Shown here one piece after another: positions 27,905-37,190 of a stretch of DNA of 64,000 bases. A model generated the notes under the pieces. The model did no database searches and was not told the origin of the DNA. It saw nothing but the letters and a program-made list of their open reading frames with translations. This stretch comes from Vicinamibacteria bacterium (GTDB lineage: Bacteria; Acidobacteriota; Vicinamibacteria; Marinacidobacterales; Marinacidobacteraceae): the NCBI GenBank assembly GCA_964291235.2, contig OZ219815.1, positions 448,001 through 512,000 of the forward strand. Reading direction: 5' to 3'. Position numbers and translations under genes: made by a program. Each line of letters opens with the position of its first letter. Within the stretch, counting starts at the first letter, position 1.

Positions 27905-29068
27905 ATGAAGCCGTCGTGGAACCCGCTGCGGCTCGGAAACACGCCGCTCCCGGTACCGCTCCTGCTGTCGGCAAAGCTCATCGTGGTCACCATGCTGGTG
28001 ACCGGCCACTTCCTGACGCTCCCGGATCCGTTCCTTCCCTTCCTGTCCGTGTTCGACCGGATCGGGAATCCCGAGCGCTTCCGCACCGCGCTGCAGGTCG
28101 TGTTCCTCACCGGTTCCGTCGCGCTGCTCTTCAACCGCGGGGTGCGGCTGGCGTCGTTCGTGGTGGGAATGACGATCCTGATCGGGATCGCCTCGTCGAG
28201 AATCTACTGGGCCAACAACACCTTCTTCATGGGGGCGGTTCTCACGCTGATCGGCCTTCACACGTCGGATCGGTCGGTCTGGCTCCTGCGGGCGCAGGTG
28301 GCGCTCATCTATTTCGGCGCCGGACTCAACAAGATCCTCGATCCCGACTGGGTTTCCGGTCAGTTCTTCGAGAACTGGGCCGGCGCCAATCTCCAGCACG
28401 AGCTCTACGTCAGCGTCGCGGCGCTACTGCCGGAAATGGCCCTGGCCAAGCTCATGTGCTGGGGGACGATCGCGACCGAACTGAGCCTCTGCGCCGGCTT
28501 CGCGCTGCGGCGATTCTGGTCCTTCGCGATCTGGCTCGGCATCCTCTTTCACGCGTCGATGACGCTCTTCACCGGAATCACGTTCGTCCTGTTCCTCTAC
28601 GTGGCGCCCGCCGCCTATTTCGCCTTCGTCCGCTGGCCCCGGACGGCGACCGAGGTCATCTACGACGGCGACTGCGGCATCTGCGCGAAGACGAAACGGT
28701 GGTTCGAGGCCCTCGATCTCGAAGGCGCATTCCGCTGGACGACCTTCCAGAGTGGAACCGGTGACCGCTTCGGCATCTCCCGGGAAGCTCTTGCGAATCG
28801 TCTGCACATCGTCGTGGACGGCGAGCGCATCGCGGAGGGCTTCCGGGCGTTCAAGCTGATGCTGCTCTACAACCCGGTCACCCATCTGCTGATGCTCGGC
28901 GTGCTCCTCGCGCTCCACTGGGGACCGTCGTGGGCCCGCAGCCTGGCGATCGTCGGGATGATCGGGTTCTTCTTTCCCGTCTTCGACCGGATCGGGCAGG
29001 CGGCGTACGACCTCGTCGCGCGCAACCGGAACCGCCTGGGCGCCGAGCCGACGTGCGCCGTCGAGTGA
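27905..29068 (+). CDS. HTTM-like membrane domain fused to a DCC1/DUF393 thiol-disulfide oxidoreductase domain
   Basis: LLRAQVALIYFGAGLNK..DPDW.SG and GILFH (HTTM); IYDGDCGIC (DxxCxxC) and LHIV..G...EGFRAF (DCC1). Confidence 0.8.
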   Translation: MKPSWNPLRLGNTPLPVPLLLSAKLIVVTMLVTGHFLTLPDPFLPFLSVFDRIGNPERFRTALQVVFLTGSVALLFNRGVRLASFVVGMTILIGIASSRIYWANNTFFMGAVLTLIGLHTSDRSVWLLRAQVALIYFGAGLNKILDPDWVSGQFFENWAGANLQHELYVSVAALLPEMALAKLMCWGTIATELSLCAGFALRRFWSFAIWLGILFHASMTLFTGITFVLFLYVAPAAYFAFVRWPRTATEVIYDGDCGICAKTKRWFEALDLEGAFRWTTFQSGTGDRFGISREALANRLHIVVDGERIAEGFRAFKLMLLYNPVTHLLMLGVLLALHWGPSWARSLAIVGMIGFFFPVFDRIGQAAYDLVARNRNRLGAEPTCAVE

Positions 29069-30618
29069 AACGCCGTCTCGCCGTCCTCGTCGCCCTCGGG
29101 CTCGCCGCGTGCCAGCCGCCCGAGCGTCGCCTGCTGCGCGTCAACGACGCCGCGATCGGCGAACTCGACCCTCACAAGGCATCCGATTACGCCGATTCGA
29201 TCCTGATGATGAACGTCTACGACTTTCTCGTCCGAACCGGCCCGGACGGAAGGGTCGTCCCCGACCTCGCCACCGGGTGGACCGTCGCCGAGGACGGCCG
29301 GACGTACACCTTCGCGCTCCGGGACGACCCTCGCTTCCACGACGGCACTCCCGTGGAAGCCGGGGACGTCGTTTTTTCGATGGAGCGCATGACCCAGTTG
29401 AACCGCGGTTACTCCTATCTGCTCCCCGAGCTCGAAAGCGTGATCGCGGTAGACCCGAACACGGTTCGATTCACCCTGAACGCCGCGTTCGCGCCCTTCG
29501 TCGCCGCGCTCACCCGCGTGGCGATCGTGAACCGCGAGCGCGTGGATGGACAGCCGGAAACCTTCCTGTCCTCGGAAGCCGCGGGGAGCGGCGCCTACGA
29601 GGTGGTGAGCCACGACCCGCGCCAACTGACGTTGCTGCACCGCTCGGAGGCGCACCATCAGCCCTTCGCCCCGGACGCGCCCGAGATCGTGCGCATCAAG
29701 TACTCGATGGCGGTTCCCACCGTGCGGGCGCTGATGGGGCGCGGCCAGCACGAGATCACCCGGCTGAGCATGCCGCCCGAGGTGCTGCGCGCGTTGGCCA
29801 GGTCGCCCGGGATCGAGCTCGCTCACGACCGCGGCACGTCGAGCTTCTTCATCATGCTCAATACCCGGCGTCCGCCCACCGACGACGTTCACTTTCGCCG
29901 GGCGCTCGCTCACGCGTTCGACTACGACGCCCTTCTCCGGCTCCTCCAGGTGGACGAGACGTTCGCGAACGGGGTGCCCAGCCGGGGTCCGGTCCCGCCG
30001 CGACTGCTGGGTCACGATCCCGAGGCGTCCATTCCGAGGCGCGACCTGGAGGCGGCCCGCCGCGCACTCGCGCGCTCCCGCTACACCCCGGACGAACACC
30101 CCGTGGAGATTCAGTGGGTCACGGAGGTCGGCAACACGGAGCGCGCGTCACTGCTGTTTCAGCAGAACATGGCCGAGATCGGGGTGCGGGTGGAAATCAC
30201 GGGCGCCCCCTGGGCGCTGGTGCTGGACCGCGCCAGCCGCGCGGAGACGACGCCGCACGCCAACACCGTGGACGTCAGCGCCTACACCCCCGATCCGGAC
30301 TCGATCCTGACGGCGATGTACCACAGCGATAACTCCGGGAGCTGGTCGGCGATGGCCTGGCTACAGGATCCCGCCATCGACGCGCGCATCGAAGCAGGGA
30401 GGGCGATCCTTGAGCGGGCCGCCCGCGAGCGGCACTACCTGGAGCTCAACCGGGATCTCGTCGCGCTCCAGCCGGCCATCTTCGGCTACCGCACGTCGAC
30501 TGTCATCGCCAAGCAGCGCTTCGTCACGGCCCCCCAGCTCGACGATCCCTCGCGAGCCATCCCGACGACGGGCGGCAACTACGTGTTCCGCGAGTACTCG
30601 CTCGGGCCCCCGCCCTGA
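29065..30618 (+). CDS. ABC transporter substrate-binding protein, family 5 (lipoprotein)
   Basis: LAAC lipobox; LDPH, PDLATGW, YTFALR...FHDG, DVVFSMER, GSGAY, FRRALAHAFD. Confidence 0.9.
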   Translation: MKRRLAVLVALGLAACQPPERRLLRVNDAAIGELDPHKASDYADSILMMNVYDFLVRTGPDGRVVPDLATGWTVAEDGRTYTFALRDDPRFHDGTPVEAGDVVFSMERMTQLNRGYSYLLPELESVIAVDPNTVRFTLNAAFAPFVAALTRVAIVNRERVDGQPETFLSSEAAGSGAYEVVSHDPRQLTLLHRSEAHHQPFAPDAPEIVRIKYSMAVPTVRALMGRGQHEITRLSMPPEVLRALARSPGIELAHDRGTSSFFIMLNTRRPPTDDVHFRRALAHAFDYDALLRLLQVDETFANGVPSRGPVPPRLLGHDPEASIPRRDLEAARRALARSRYTPDEHPVEIQWVTEVGNTERASLLFQQNMAEIGVRVEITGAPWALVLDRASRAETTPHANTVDVSAYTPDPDSILTAMYHSDNSGSWSAMAWLQDPAIDARIEAGRAILERAARERHYLELNRDLVALQPAIFGYRTSTVIAKQRFVTAPQLDDPSRAIPTTGGNYVFREYSLGPPP

Positions 30619-30735
30619 CCAGGAGCGCGGGGACGGTTGGAGCCCCCGACCGGGAGAACCGGCCGTCGGACCTCGGGGCCGGCAGCGCCGCGCGGCCACG
30701 CGGCGTGTCCTCAAGCCGCCCGAACCGCGTCCTCG

Positions 30736-30856
30736 TTGACAGCCTGTGGCAAAACCCACGCGGTGTTCAAGCGGCGATGCATCCCGGCTGAACCGCCCCC
30801 CCACCGGGAGAACTGGCGCTCTCGGCGCTCACGGGGGTTTCACCACAGGCTGTTAA
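30736..30856. mobile_element. MITE-like element copy 1 (TIR CAGCCTGTGG...CCACAGGCTG)
   Basis: 10-bp perfect TIRs flanked by TTGA/TTAA; both ends homologous to 45474-45659 (inverted) and 50638-50722. Confidence 0.75.
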
Positions 30857-30874
30857 GGATTCGCAACCGAACGC

Positions 30875-31273
30875 TTACCAAAGTGTCCTCACGTGTGGAT
30901 ACCTGCGGAGCTTCGCGTCCCGCGTGACGAGGACCGCACCGTGCGCGCGGGCGGTCGCAACGATGATCTGATCGGCCGGGTCTCCGGCGAGCTCGGCGGG
31001 CAATCGGCAACTCTCGACCAGAACCGATCGGCTCAACTCCGCGGTGCGGAGGCCAGCACGTCCCAGGGCGAGGTCGAGCCAGTCGTCCAGTGCCCGGTCG
31101 AGGACGAGCTGGCCCTTTTCGATCTTCTTGCCGACCTCCCAGATCGAGATCGAAGAGAGCCAGAGGCGCCCTTCCGCTGCGCCGGACTCGATTGCTTCGC
31201 GCGCTGAGCGCGATAGCCGATCGTCCTTGGTGACCCACCAGATCCACGCGTGCGTATCAAGAACGATCGGCAT
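30875..31273 (-). CDS. vapC: PIN-domain toxin (VapC family)
   Basis: IVLDTH, SISIWE, GDPADQIIVATA, LVTRD acidic residues. Confidence 0.9.
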   Translation of the reverse strand: MPIVLDTHAWIWWVTKDDRLSRSAREAIESGAAEGRLWLSSISIWEVGKKIEKGQLVLDRALDDWLDLALGRAGLRTAELSRSVLVESCRLPAELAGDPADQIIVATARAHGAVLVTRDAKLRRYPHVRTLW

Positions 31274-31481
31274 CCCATCTCTCACCGGTGCCGTACGGGT
31301 CGCCGACTTCGCGCACGACGCTGCCTGCCAGGCTCCGTTTCCGTTCCGGAAGCGAATACGGCATCAACTGTGCGACAGGCTGGCCGCGCTTCGTGATGAT
31401 GATGGGGGTCCGCGTGCGCGCGACCTCGTCGAGCAGCCTCAGGCAGACGTCCTTGAACTTGCCCGCGCCGATGGTCGTCAT
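31257..31481 (-). CDS. Phd/YefM family antitoxin (74 aa)
   Basis: MTTIGAGKFKDVCLRLLDEV...PIIITKRGQPVAQL; overlaps the toxin start. Confidence 0.88.
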   Translation of the reverse strand: MTTIGAGKFKDVCLRLLDEVARTRTPIIITKRGQPVAQLMPYSLPERKRSLAGSVVREVGDPYGTGERWDADRS

Positions 31482-31489
31482 CGGTCTCA

Positions 31490-31519
31490 AGTATAGCCAT
31501 GGCCATATGGCCATGTCCA
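31490..31519 (-). promoter_or_regulatory. Sigma70-type promoter of phd-vapC with an 18-bp palindromic operator
   Basis: -35 TGGACA (31519-31514), 18-bp spacer, -10 TATACT (31495-31490); perfect palindrome CATGGCCATATGGCCATG at 31498-31515. Confidence 0.75.
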
Positions 31520-31657
31520 TTCTGAACGACGTGTTGTGAACAGACGCGGCGTCAATCGCGAAAGCTTCCCTACCGGCCGCCACGGTCCGGGGATTGTCGC
31601 CGGCAAGACAAACCGGCGGTCCTGAACGGCGCACCGTCTCTCCCGGGCCGCTCCTCC

Positions 31658-33604
31658 CTACCCCCCACGCGCGTGGCGGAGCGGAATCTGGATGAGGAAC
31701 CACCCGAGCGCCGCGAACACCAGGAATCCCGGCACTCCGGAGGGCATGGACACGAGCGTCGGGAACTGGAACGCCGCGACCGCCAGCCCGGACAGCGCCA
31801 CTCCCATGAGCGCTTCGCCCGCGATGAGTCCGGACGCGATCAGCGTTCCGGCACTTTCTCCCAGCGAGCGACGCTCGGCCGGCAGCTTGGCCATCTGGCG
31901 GTCGCTCAGCCAGCGGAAGCAACCGCCGACGAAGATCGCGAAGGTGGTCTGCAGCGGCAGGTACATCCCCACCGCGATCAGCATCGGGGACGGAGCCTGG
32001 ATCAGGATCAGGAAGAGACACAGCGCGATCCCGAAGACCACGAGCGGCCAGCGCATGTCGCCGCCGACGATCCCCTGGGACAGGAGCGCCATGAGGCCCG
32101 CCTGGGGCGCCGGCAGTTCTTCGCCGCCGACTCCGATGCCGCCGGCGGCGATGTCCCCCTCGTGGAGCAGCATCATCGGCAGCACCAGGAAGAACGACGC
32201 GAAGATCACCCCGATGATCTCCGCCCACTCCATGCGGAAGGGCGTGCCGCCGAGGATCTGGCCCACTTTCAGGTCCTGCAGCATGTCCCCGGCGACCGCG
32301 CAGGCGCAGCAGACGACCGCGGCGACTCCCAGCACCGCCGCCACGCCTGCGGTCCCGGTGACCCCCAGGAAGGTCATCAGCAGCGCCGCGAGCAGCAGCG
32401 TCGAGATGGTGAGGCCGGAAACCGGATTCGAAGAACTCCCGATCGTGCCGACGAGATAGCCGGCCACCGCCGAGAAGAAGAAGCCGGCGACGATCATCAC
32501 GATCGCCGAACCGAGCGCGCCGAGCGGCTGCCCGGTGTAGTAGTTGTAGAGGAAGAACGTCGGGATGATCAGCGCCACCACCCCGGCGGCTGTCCAACTG
32601 AACGGGATGTCGCGGTCTTTTTCATCCTGGCCCGCCGGATGGCCGTGCTTCAGCTCGCCGATGGACCGCTTGAGTCCCTCGCCGAGGGACTTCCGCATCC
32701 GGAGCAGGGTCCAGACCGCACCGGCGATCATCGCCCCCACCGCGATCGGCCGCACGAGTTCGGCCCACACCACACTGCTGACCGCGGTCCAGTCGGCGCC
32801 CGCCGCCGCCAGCTTGCCGGCGTCGGCGAACTCCGGATTGAAGAAGAGGACCGCCGGGATCATGAACCACCAGGCGAAGACCCCGCCGGAGAAGGTGAGC
32901 GCCGCAAGCCGGAAACCGATGATGTAACCGACCCCGAGGTAGGCGGGCGAGGCGGCCGGAGTGGAAAAAGGCAAGACCCCCGGCTGTGCCGCCGCGCCGA
33001 AGGACTGGCCCCCGACGGTGACCGAGCCCTGGAAGGAGCCGTAGCCGAGAGCGCCGGAAATGCGGTCGGTGAAGAGCTGGATGCCCTTCGAGTTCTTGAG
33101 GACCTCGATGAGCGCGCCCACCCCCATCATCTGAAAGAGCAGCCGGCCACCGCTGGCGCCCTTACCGGCGCGGTGGATCTCGGCGGCGGCAACCGACTCG
33201 GGGAACGGCAGCTCGGGATCGGTGACCATGCTCCGCCGCAGGATGACGACGAACAGGATCCCGAGCAGCCCGCCGACCAGCATCAGCAGGGTGCTCTCGA
33301 GGTAGTTGAACTCCTCCCAGGCGCCCGCCATCAGGAACGCCGGCAGGGTGAAGATCGCCCCCGCGGCCAGCGCCTCTCCCACCGAAGCGGTGGTGCGGGC
33401 GATGTTCTCTTCGAGGAGGCTGCCCTTGAAGAGTCCCCGGATGACGACCATGGAAACGACCGCGGCGGGGAAGGTCGCCGCGACCGTCTGGCCGGCCCGG
33501 ATGCCGAGGTAGGCGTTCGCCGCTCCCAGCACGACGGCCATGAAGAGGCCGAGGAGAAGAGCCCGGAGCGTGAACTCGCGGGTGCTGCCGGATCCGTTCG
33601 CCAT
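31658..33604 (-). CDS. OPT family oligopeptide transporter
   Basis: REFTLRA, ANAYLG, ENIART, LPFPESVAAAE, SSSNPVSG, QDLKVG, PAPQA, SGLIAGE. Confidence 0.92.
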   Translation of the reverse strand: MANGSGSTREFTLRALLLGLFMAVVLGAANAYLGIRAGQTVAATFPAAVVSMVVIRGLFKGSLLEENIARTTASVGEALAAGAIFTLPAFLMAGAWEEFNYLESTLLMLVGGLLGILFVVILRRSMVTDPELPFPESVAAAEIHRAGKGASGGRLLFQMMGVGALIEVLKNSKGIQLFTDRISGALGYGSFQGSVTVGGQSFGAAAQPGVLPFSTPAASPAYLGVGYIIGFRLAALTFSGGVFAWWFMIPAVLFFNPEFADAGKLAAAGADWTAVSSVVWAELVRPIAVGAMIAGAVWTLLRMRKSLGEGLKRSIGELKHGHPAGQDEKDRDIPFSWTAAGVVALIIPTFFLYNYYTGQPLGALGSAIVMIVAGFFFSAVAGYLVGTIGSSSNPVSGLTISTLLLAALLMTFLGVTGTAGVAAVLGVAAVVCCACAVAGDMLQDLKVGQILGGTPFRMEWAEIIGVIFASFFLVLPMMLLHEGDIAAGGIGVGGEELPAPQAGLMALLSQGIVGGDMRWPLVVFGIALCLFLILIQAPSPMLIAVGMYLPLQTTFAIFVGGCFRWLSDRQMAKLPAERRSLGESAGTLIASGLIAGEALMGVALSGLAVAAFQFPTLVSMPSGVPGFLVFAALGWFLIQIPLRHARGG

Positions 33605-33704
33605 GGGGCCTCCTAGAGTCGGGGTAGCCGGCCCCGCGTTATATCACCGAGCGCGAATTCCCTGTCGCCCTGCCCGTCCCGAGTCCTTAGACTTCGGCGC
33701 CTTC

Positions 33705-36700
33705 GTGCACCACCGGAACGGCGAACTCTTTTTCGCGCCCACCGACCTCAGCCGGTTCCTCGCCTGCCGGCATCTGACGACTCTCTCCCGTGCCGTCGCG
33801 CTCGGGGAGACTTCCCCGCCGCCGGTCTTCGAGGATCCGCGGCTGGAGGCGCTGATTGAAGCCGGAAGGCGGCACGAGGCCAGAATCCTCGAGCGGTACC
33901 AGACGGAGGGCCGGAGCGTCGAGACGATCGCGGATTCTGGCAGGTACGCCGAACGGCATGAGCGGACCCTCGATGCCATGCGCCGCGGGGTGGAGGTGAT
34001 CTACCAGGGAAGGCTCGGTGCCGGAACCTGGTCGGGCTCTCCCGACTTCCTGATCTGGGTGGGCCGACCCAGCGCCCTCGGAGACTGGTCCTACGAGGTG
34101 GTGGACGCCAAGCTCGCCACCATGCCCAAGGCCGACGCGGTACTTCAGGTCGCCGTCTATTCGAGGCTGCTTGCGAAGGTCCAGGGCACAGCCCCCGCTC
34201 AAATGCACCTGGAACTCGGTCGCGACGAGGGACGCGAGAGCGTCCGGGTCACGGACTTCGCCGCGTTCGAACGCAGCCTCAGGCGGCAGTTCGACGAGCA
34301 CTGCGCCGCGCCACCCGCCACCTATCCGGAGCCGGTCGACCATTGCCCTCGGTGCGAATGGAACGGGGCCTGCCAGGAACGGCGCCGGAGGGACGACCAC
34401 CTGTCGCTGGTCGCGAATTCCACCCGCCACCAGCACCGCAGGCTTGAAACACGTGGGGTCACGACCCTGACCGGTCTCGCCCGGCTTGCTCTCCCGCTGG
34501 ACCCGCCGCTTCGGCGTGTGGCGCCGGCCGTCCTCCAGCGCATCCAGCGGCAGGCCCGGGCGCAGCTCACCGGGCGCGAACGGGGACGGCCATTCCACAA
34601 ACTGATCCTGCCGCCGGAGGAAGGACGCGGGCTGCTGAAACTCCCCGAGCCGTGCGAGGGAGACCTGTTTTTTGACATCGAGAGCTCCCGGCCCGGTGTG
34701 GACGATGCGCTCGAATACCTGTTCGGCTTCGTGGATGGGGATGGCCGCTACGAGGAGCGCTGGGCCTTCCGCCGCGATGACGAACGCCGGATGTTCGAGG
34801 ACTTCATGGATCTGGTAGCGGACCGGCGGGAGAAGTTCCCGGATCTCCACATCTTCCACTACGGCGGCTACGAGACAGGGGCCCTGAAACGGCTGATGAG
34901 CCGTTACGCCACCCGCGAGGACGCGATGGACGGCTTGCTGCGGCGAGGGGTGTTCGTGGACCTGCTGCAGGTGGTCCGGCAGGGCGTCGTGGCGTCGGTG
35001 GAGAGCTACTCGATCAAGGAGATGGAGCCGTTCTACGGCTTTGATCGGGGGCAGGAACTACCCGAAGCCGGCCGGGCGCTCGCCCGCATGGACGCTCTGC
35101 TCGATTCCGGGGACGCTGCCGGAGTGCCGCCGGAGGACCGCGAGATCATCCGCCGCTACAACCGGGAGGATTGTCTTTCCACCCTGGCGCTCCACGGCTG
35201 GCTCGAAGAGCGTCGGCGGGAACTGACGGACCGCATCGGGCCGCGGGACCGGCCCGTCGTGGAAATCAGGCCGGAGGATGAACAGACGCAAACGGAGGCG
35301 GCGGCGCGGGTATCGGAACTCGTCGCGCGGCTCGGAGCAGGTCCCGCCGAAGAGGCGGGGGCGCGGCGGCTGCTGGGCTACCTGCTCGACTACTACCGGC
35401 GGGAGGACAAATCGAAGTGGTGGGAGTACTTCCGGGTGAAGGATCTCGACGCCCAGGAACTCGTCGAAGATTCCGCGCCGCTGGGCGGGATCGAGTTTGA
35501 TCGGGAACTCGGACGGGAACAGCGGTCCGTACTGCACCGTTACCGGTTCCCGCTACAGGAGCACCGCATCAAGGTCGGAGGGAAGCCAGAGGACTTCGCC
35601 ACCGGCAAATCGTCGGGCGAGGTCTTCGAGATCTCGGAAAGAACCCTGACCCTGAAGCGCAGCAGCACGGCCCAGCAGCAACCCCATCCGCGCGCGCTGG
35701 TGCCGGCCGAACGGGTGCGGCCGGCGCCCAAGCCCGGATCGCTGTTCCGCCTCGGCGAGGCGGTCGCGGAGGCCGGGTTCGCCGATGACAGTCCGCGCCG
35801 GGCTGCATTCGACCTCCTTCGCCGGATCCCGCCGCGCGGCCGCATCGCCGGAGAACCCCTGGTCCGCCCGGGCGAGGACATCATCGCCGGCGCTCGGCGC
35901 CTCGCACTCGATCTCGACGGGGGAGTGCTGCCGATCCAGGGACCGCCCGGCAGCGGCAAGACCTACACCGGCGCCCGCGTCATCACCGCGCTGTTGGCGG
36001 CCGGGCGGAGGGTCGGCGTAACGGCGCAGAGCCATCGCGTCATCACAAACCTGCTCGACAGCGTGTGCTCGGCGGCGACGGAGGAAGGAGTCGTCTTCCG
36101 AGGCATCCAGGGGGTGCGGGAGACGGGTTGCGACGATCCCCGGATCAAGGTCCTGGCAGGTTCCTCCAAGCTAACGGCGGACGCCGCGACGGACCCCGGC
36201 GTCCACCTGATCGCGGGCACCGCCTGGGTCTGGGCCCGGGACGACATGACCGATTCCGTGGACGTGCTGGTCGTGGATGAAGCCGGGCAGTTCGCACTGG
36301 CGGACGCGCTTGCCTCCGCCTCGGCGGCGGACAGCCTGATTCTGCTCGGCGACCCGGCCCAACTCGACCAGGTGACCCAGGGCGACCACCCGGAGGGGTC
36401 CGACGTTTCCGCGCTCGACCATCTCCTCGGCGAGCACCAGACGATGCCGCCCGACCGCGGCCTCTTTCTCGAAGCCACATGGCGGATGCACCCGGACATC
36501 TGCGGTTTCACCTCCGAGCAGTTCTACGAGGACCGGTTGGCAGCGCGCCCGGGACTGGAGCGACAGCGGGTCGAGGGCGGGCCGCTACCGGGCGCCGGGC
36601 TTCGGTTCGTCCCCGTCGCACACGAAGGCAACCAGACGGAGTCGCCAGAGGAGGCCGAACGGATCGCCGACCTGGTGGACGGCCTGCTCGAAGGCGCGTC

Positions 36701-37082
36701 CTGGACGGACGACCGGGGCGTCGCGCGTCGGGTTACCTCCAACGACATCCTCGTCGTCGTTCCCTATAACGATCAGCTTGCCTTGCTGGGCCGTCGGCTC
36801 GGGGACCGGGTGCGCGGGGTCGGGACCGTGGACAAGTTCCAGGGCCAGGAGGCCCCCGTCGTGTTCTTCTCGATGGCAACCTCGACCCCGGAGGCGGCCC
36901 CGCGGGGGATGGACTTCCTCTATTCGTCGCACCGGCTGAACGTGGCGACATCGCGCGCCCGCTGCCTCGCGGTCGTGGTCGCGAGCCCGGAACTCTTCTT
37001 TCCCGAGTGCAAGACCCCGCACCAGATGCGGCTCGCCAACGCGTTCTGCCGTTTCCGCGAGCTTGCCGACGTGGTCCAGTAG
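33705..37082 (+). CDS. TM0106-family RecB-like nuclease + RNase H-like domain + SF1 (DNA2/UPF1-like) helicase
   Basis: GSPDFL...EVVDAK, CPRCEW..AC, FFDIES...YNREDC, QGPPGSGKT, DEAGQ, GDPAQL, TVDKFQGQE, RLNVATSRA. Confidence 0.88.
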   Translation: MHHRNGELFFAPTDLSRFLACRHLTTLSRAVALGETSPPPVFEDPRLEALIEAGRRHEARILERYQTEGRSVETIADSGRYAERHERTLDAMRRGVEVIYQGRLGAGTWSGSPDFLIWVGRPSALGDWSYEVVDAKLATMPKADAVLQVAVYSRLLAKVQGTAPAQMHLELGRDEGRESVRVTDFAAFERSLRRQFDEHCAAPPATYPEPVDHCPRCEWNGACQERRRRDDHLSLVANSTRHQHRRLETRGVTTLTGLARLALPLDPPLRRVAPAVLQRIQRQARAQLTGRERGRPFHKLILPPEEGRGLLKLPEPCEGDLFFDIESSRPGVDDALEYLFGFVDGDGRYEERWAFRRDDERRMFEDFMDLVADRREKFPDLHIFHYGGYETGALKRLMSRYATREDAMDGLLRRGVFVDLLQVVRQGVVASVESYSIKEMEPFYGFDRGQELPEAGRALARMDALLDSGDAAGVPPEDREIIRRYNREDCLSTLALHGWLEERRRELTDRIGPRDRPVVEIRPEDEQTQTEAAARVSELVARLGAGPAEEAGARRLLGYLLDYYRREDKSKWWEYFRVKDLDAQELVEDSAPLGGIEFDRELGREQRSVLHRYRFPLQEHRIKVGGKPEDFATGKSSGEVFEISERTLTLKRSSTAQQQPHPRALVPAERVRPAPKPGSLFRLGEAVAEAGFADDSPRRAAFDLLRRIPPRGRIAGEPLVRPGEDIIAGARRLALDLDGGVLPIQGPPGSGKTYTGARVITALLAAGRRVGVTAQSHRVITNLLDSVCSAATEEGVVFRGIQGVRETGCDDPRIKVLAGSSKLTADAATDPGVHLIAGTAWVWARDDMTDSVDVLVVDEAGQFALADALASASAADSLILLGDPAQLDQVTQGDHPEGSDVSALDHLLGEHQTMPPDRGLFLEATWRMHPDICGFTSEQFYEDRLAARPGLERQRVEGGPLPGAGLRFVPVAHEGNQTESPEEAERIADLVDGLLEGASWTDDRGVARRVTSNDILVVVPYNDQLALLGRRLGDRVRGVGTVDKFQGQEAPVVFFSMATSTPEAAPRGMDFLYSSHRLNVATSRARCLAVVVASPELFFPECKTPHQMRLANAFCRFRELADVVQ

Positions 37083-37164
37083 CGCCAGGAGGGAAACGGG
37101 TCACTGTCCGGCGGCCTGCCGAGATGGGGACCTCGCGGGCTACGCCGCCGCCCGCCGGCGGGCT

Positions 37165-37190
37165 GTGCCGGCCTGAAGGCCGGCGGTCCC
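37165..37190 (-). repeat. Single REP-like palindrome (GGACCGCCGGCCTTCAGGCCGGCAC) directly after the RLP-cupin stop codon
   Basis: Same core as the 652-680 family; between convergent genes. Confidence 0.6.

Noticed and set aside
33705-34450. Cas4 of a CRISPR system
   Set aside because: The Cas4-like motifs are the N-terminal domain of a TM0106-type fusion; no array or other cas genes
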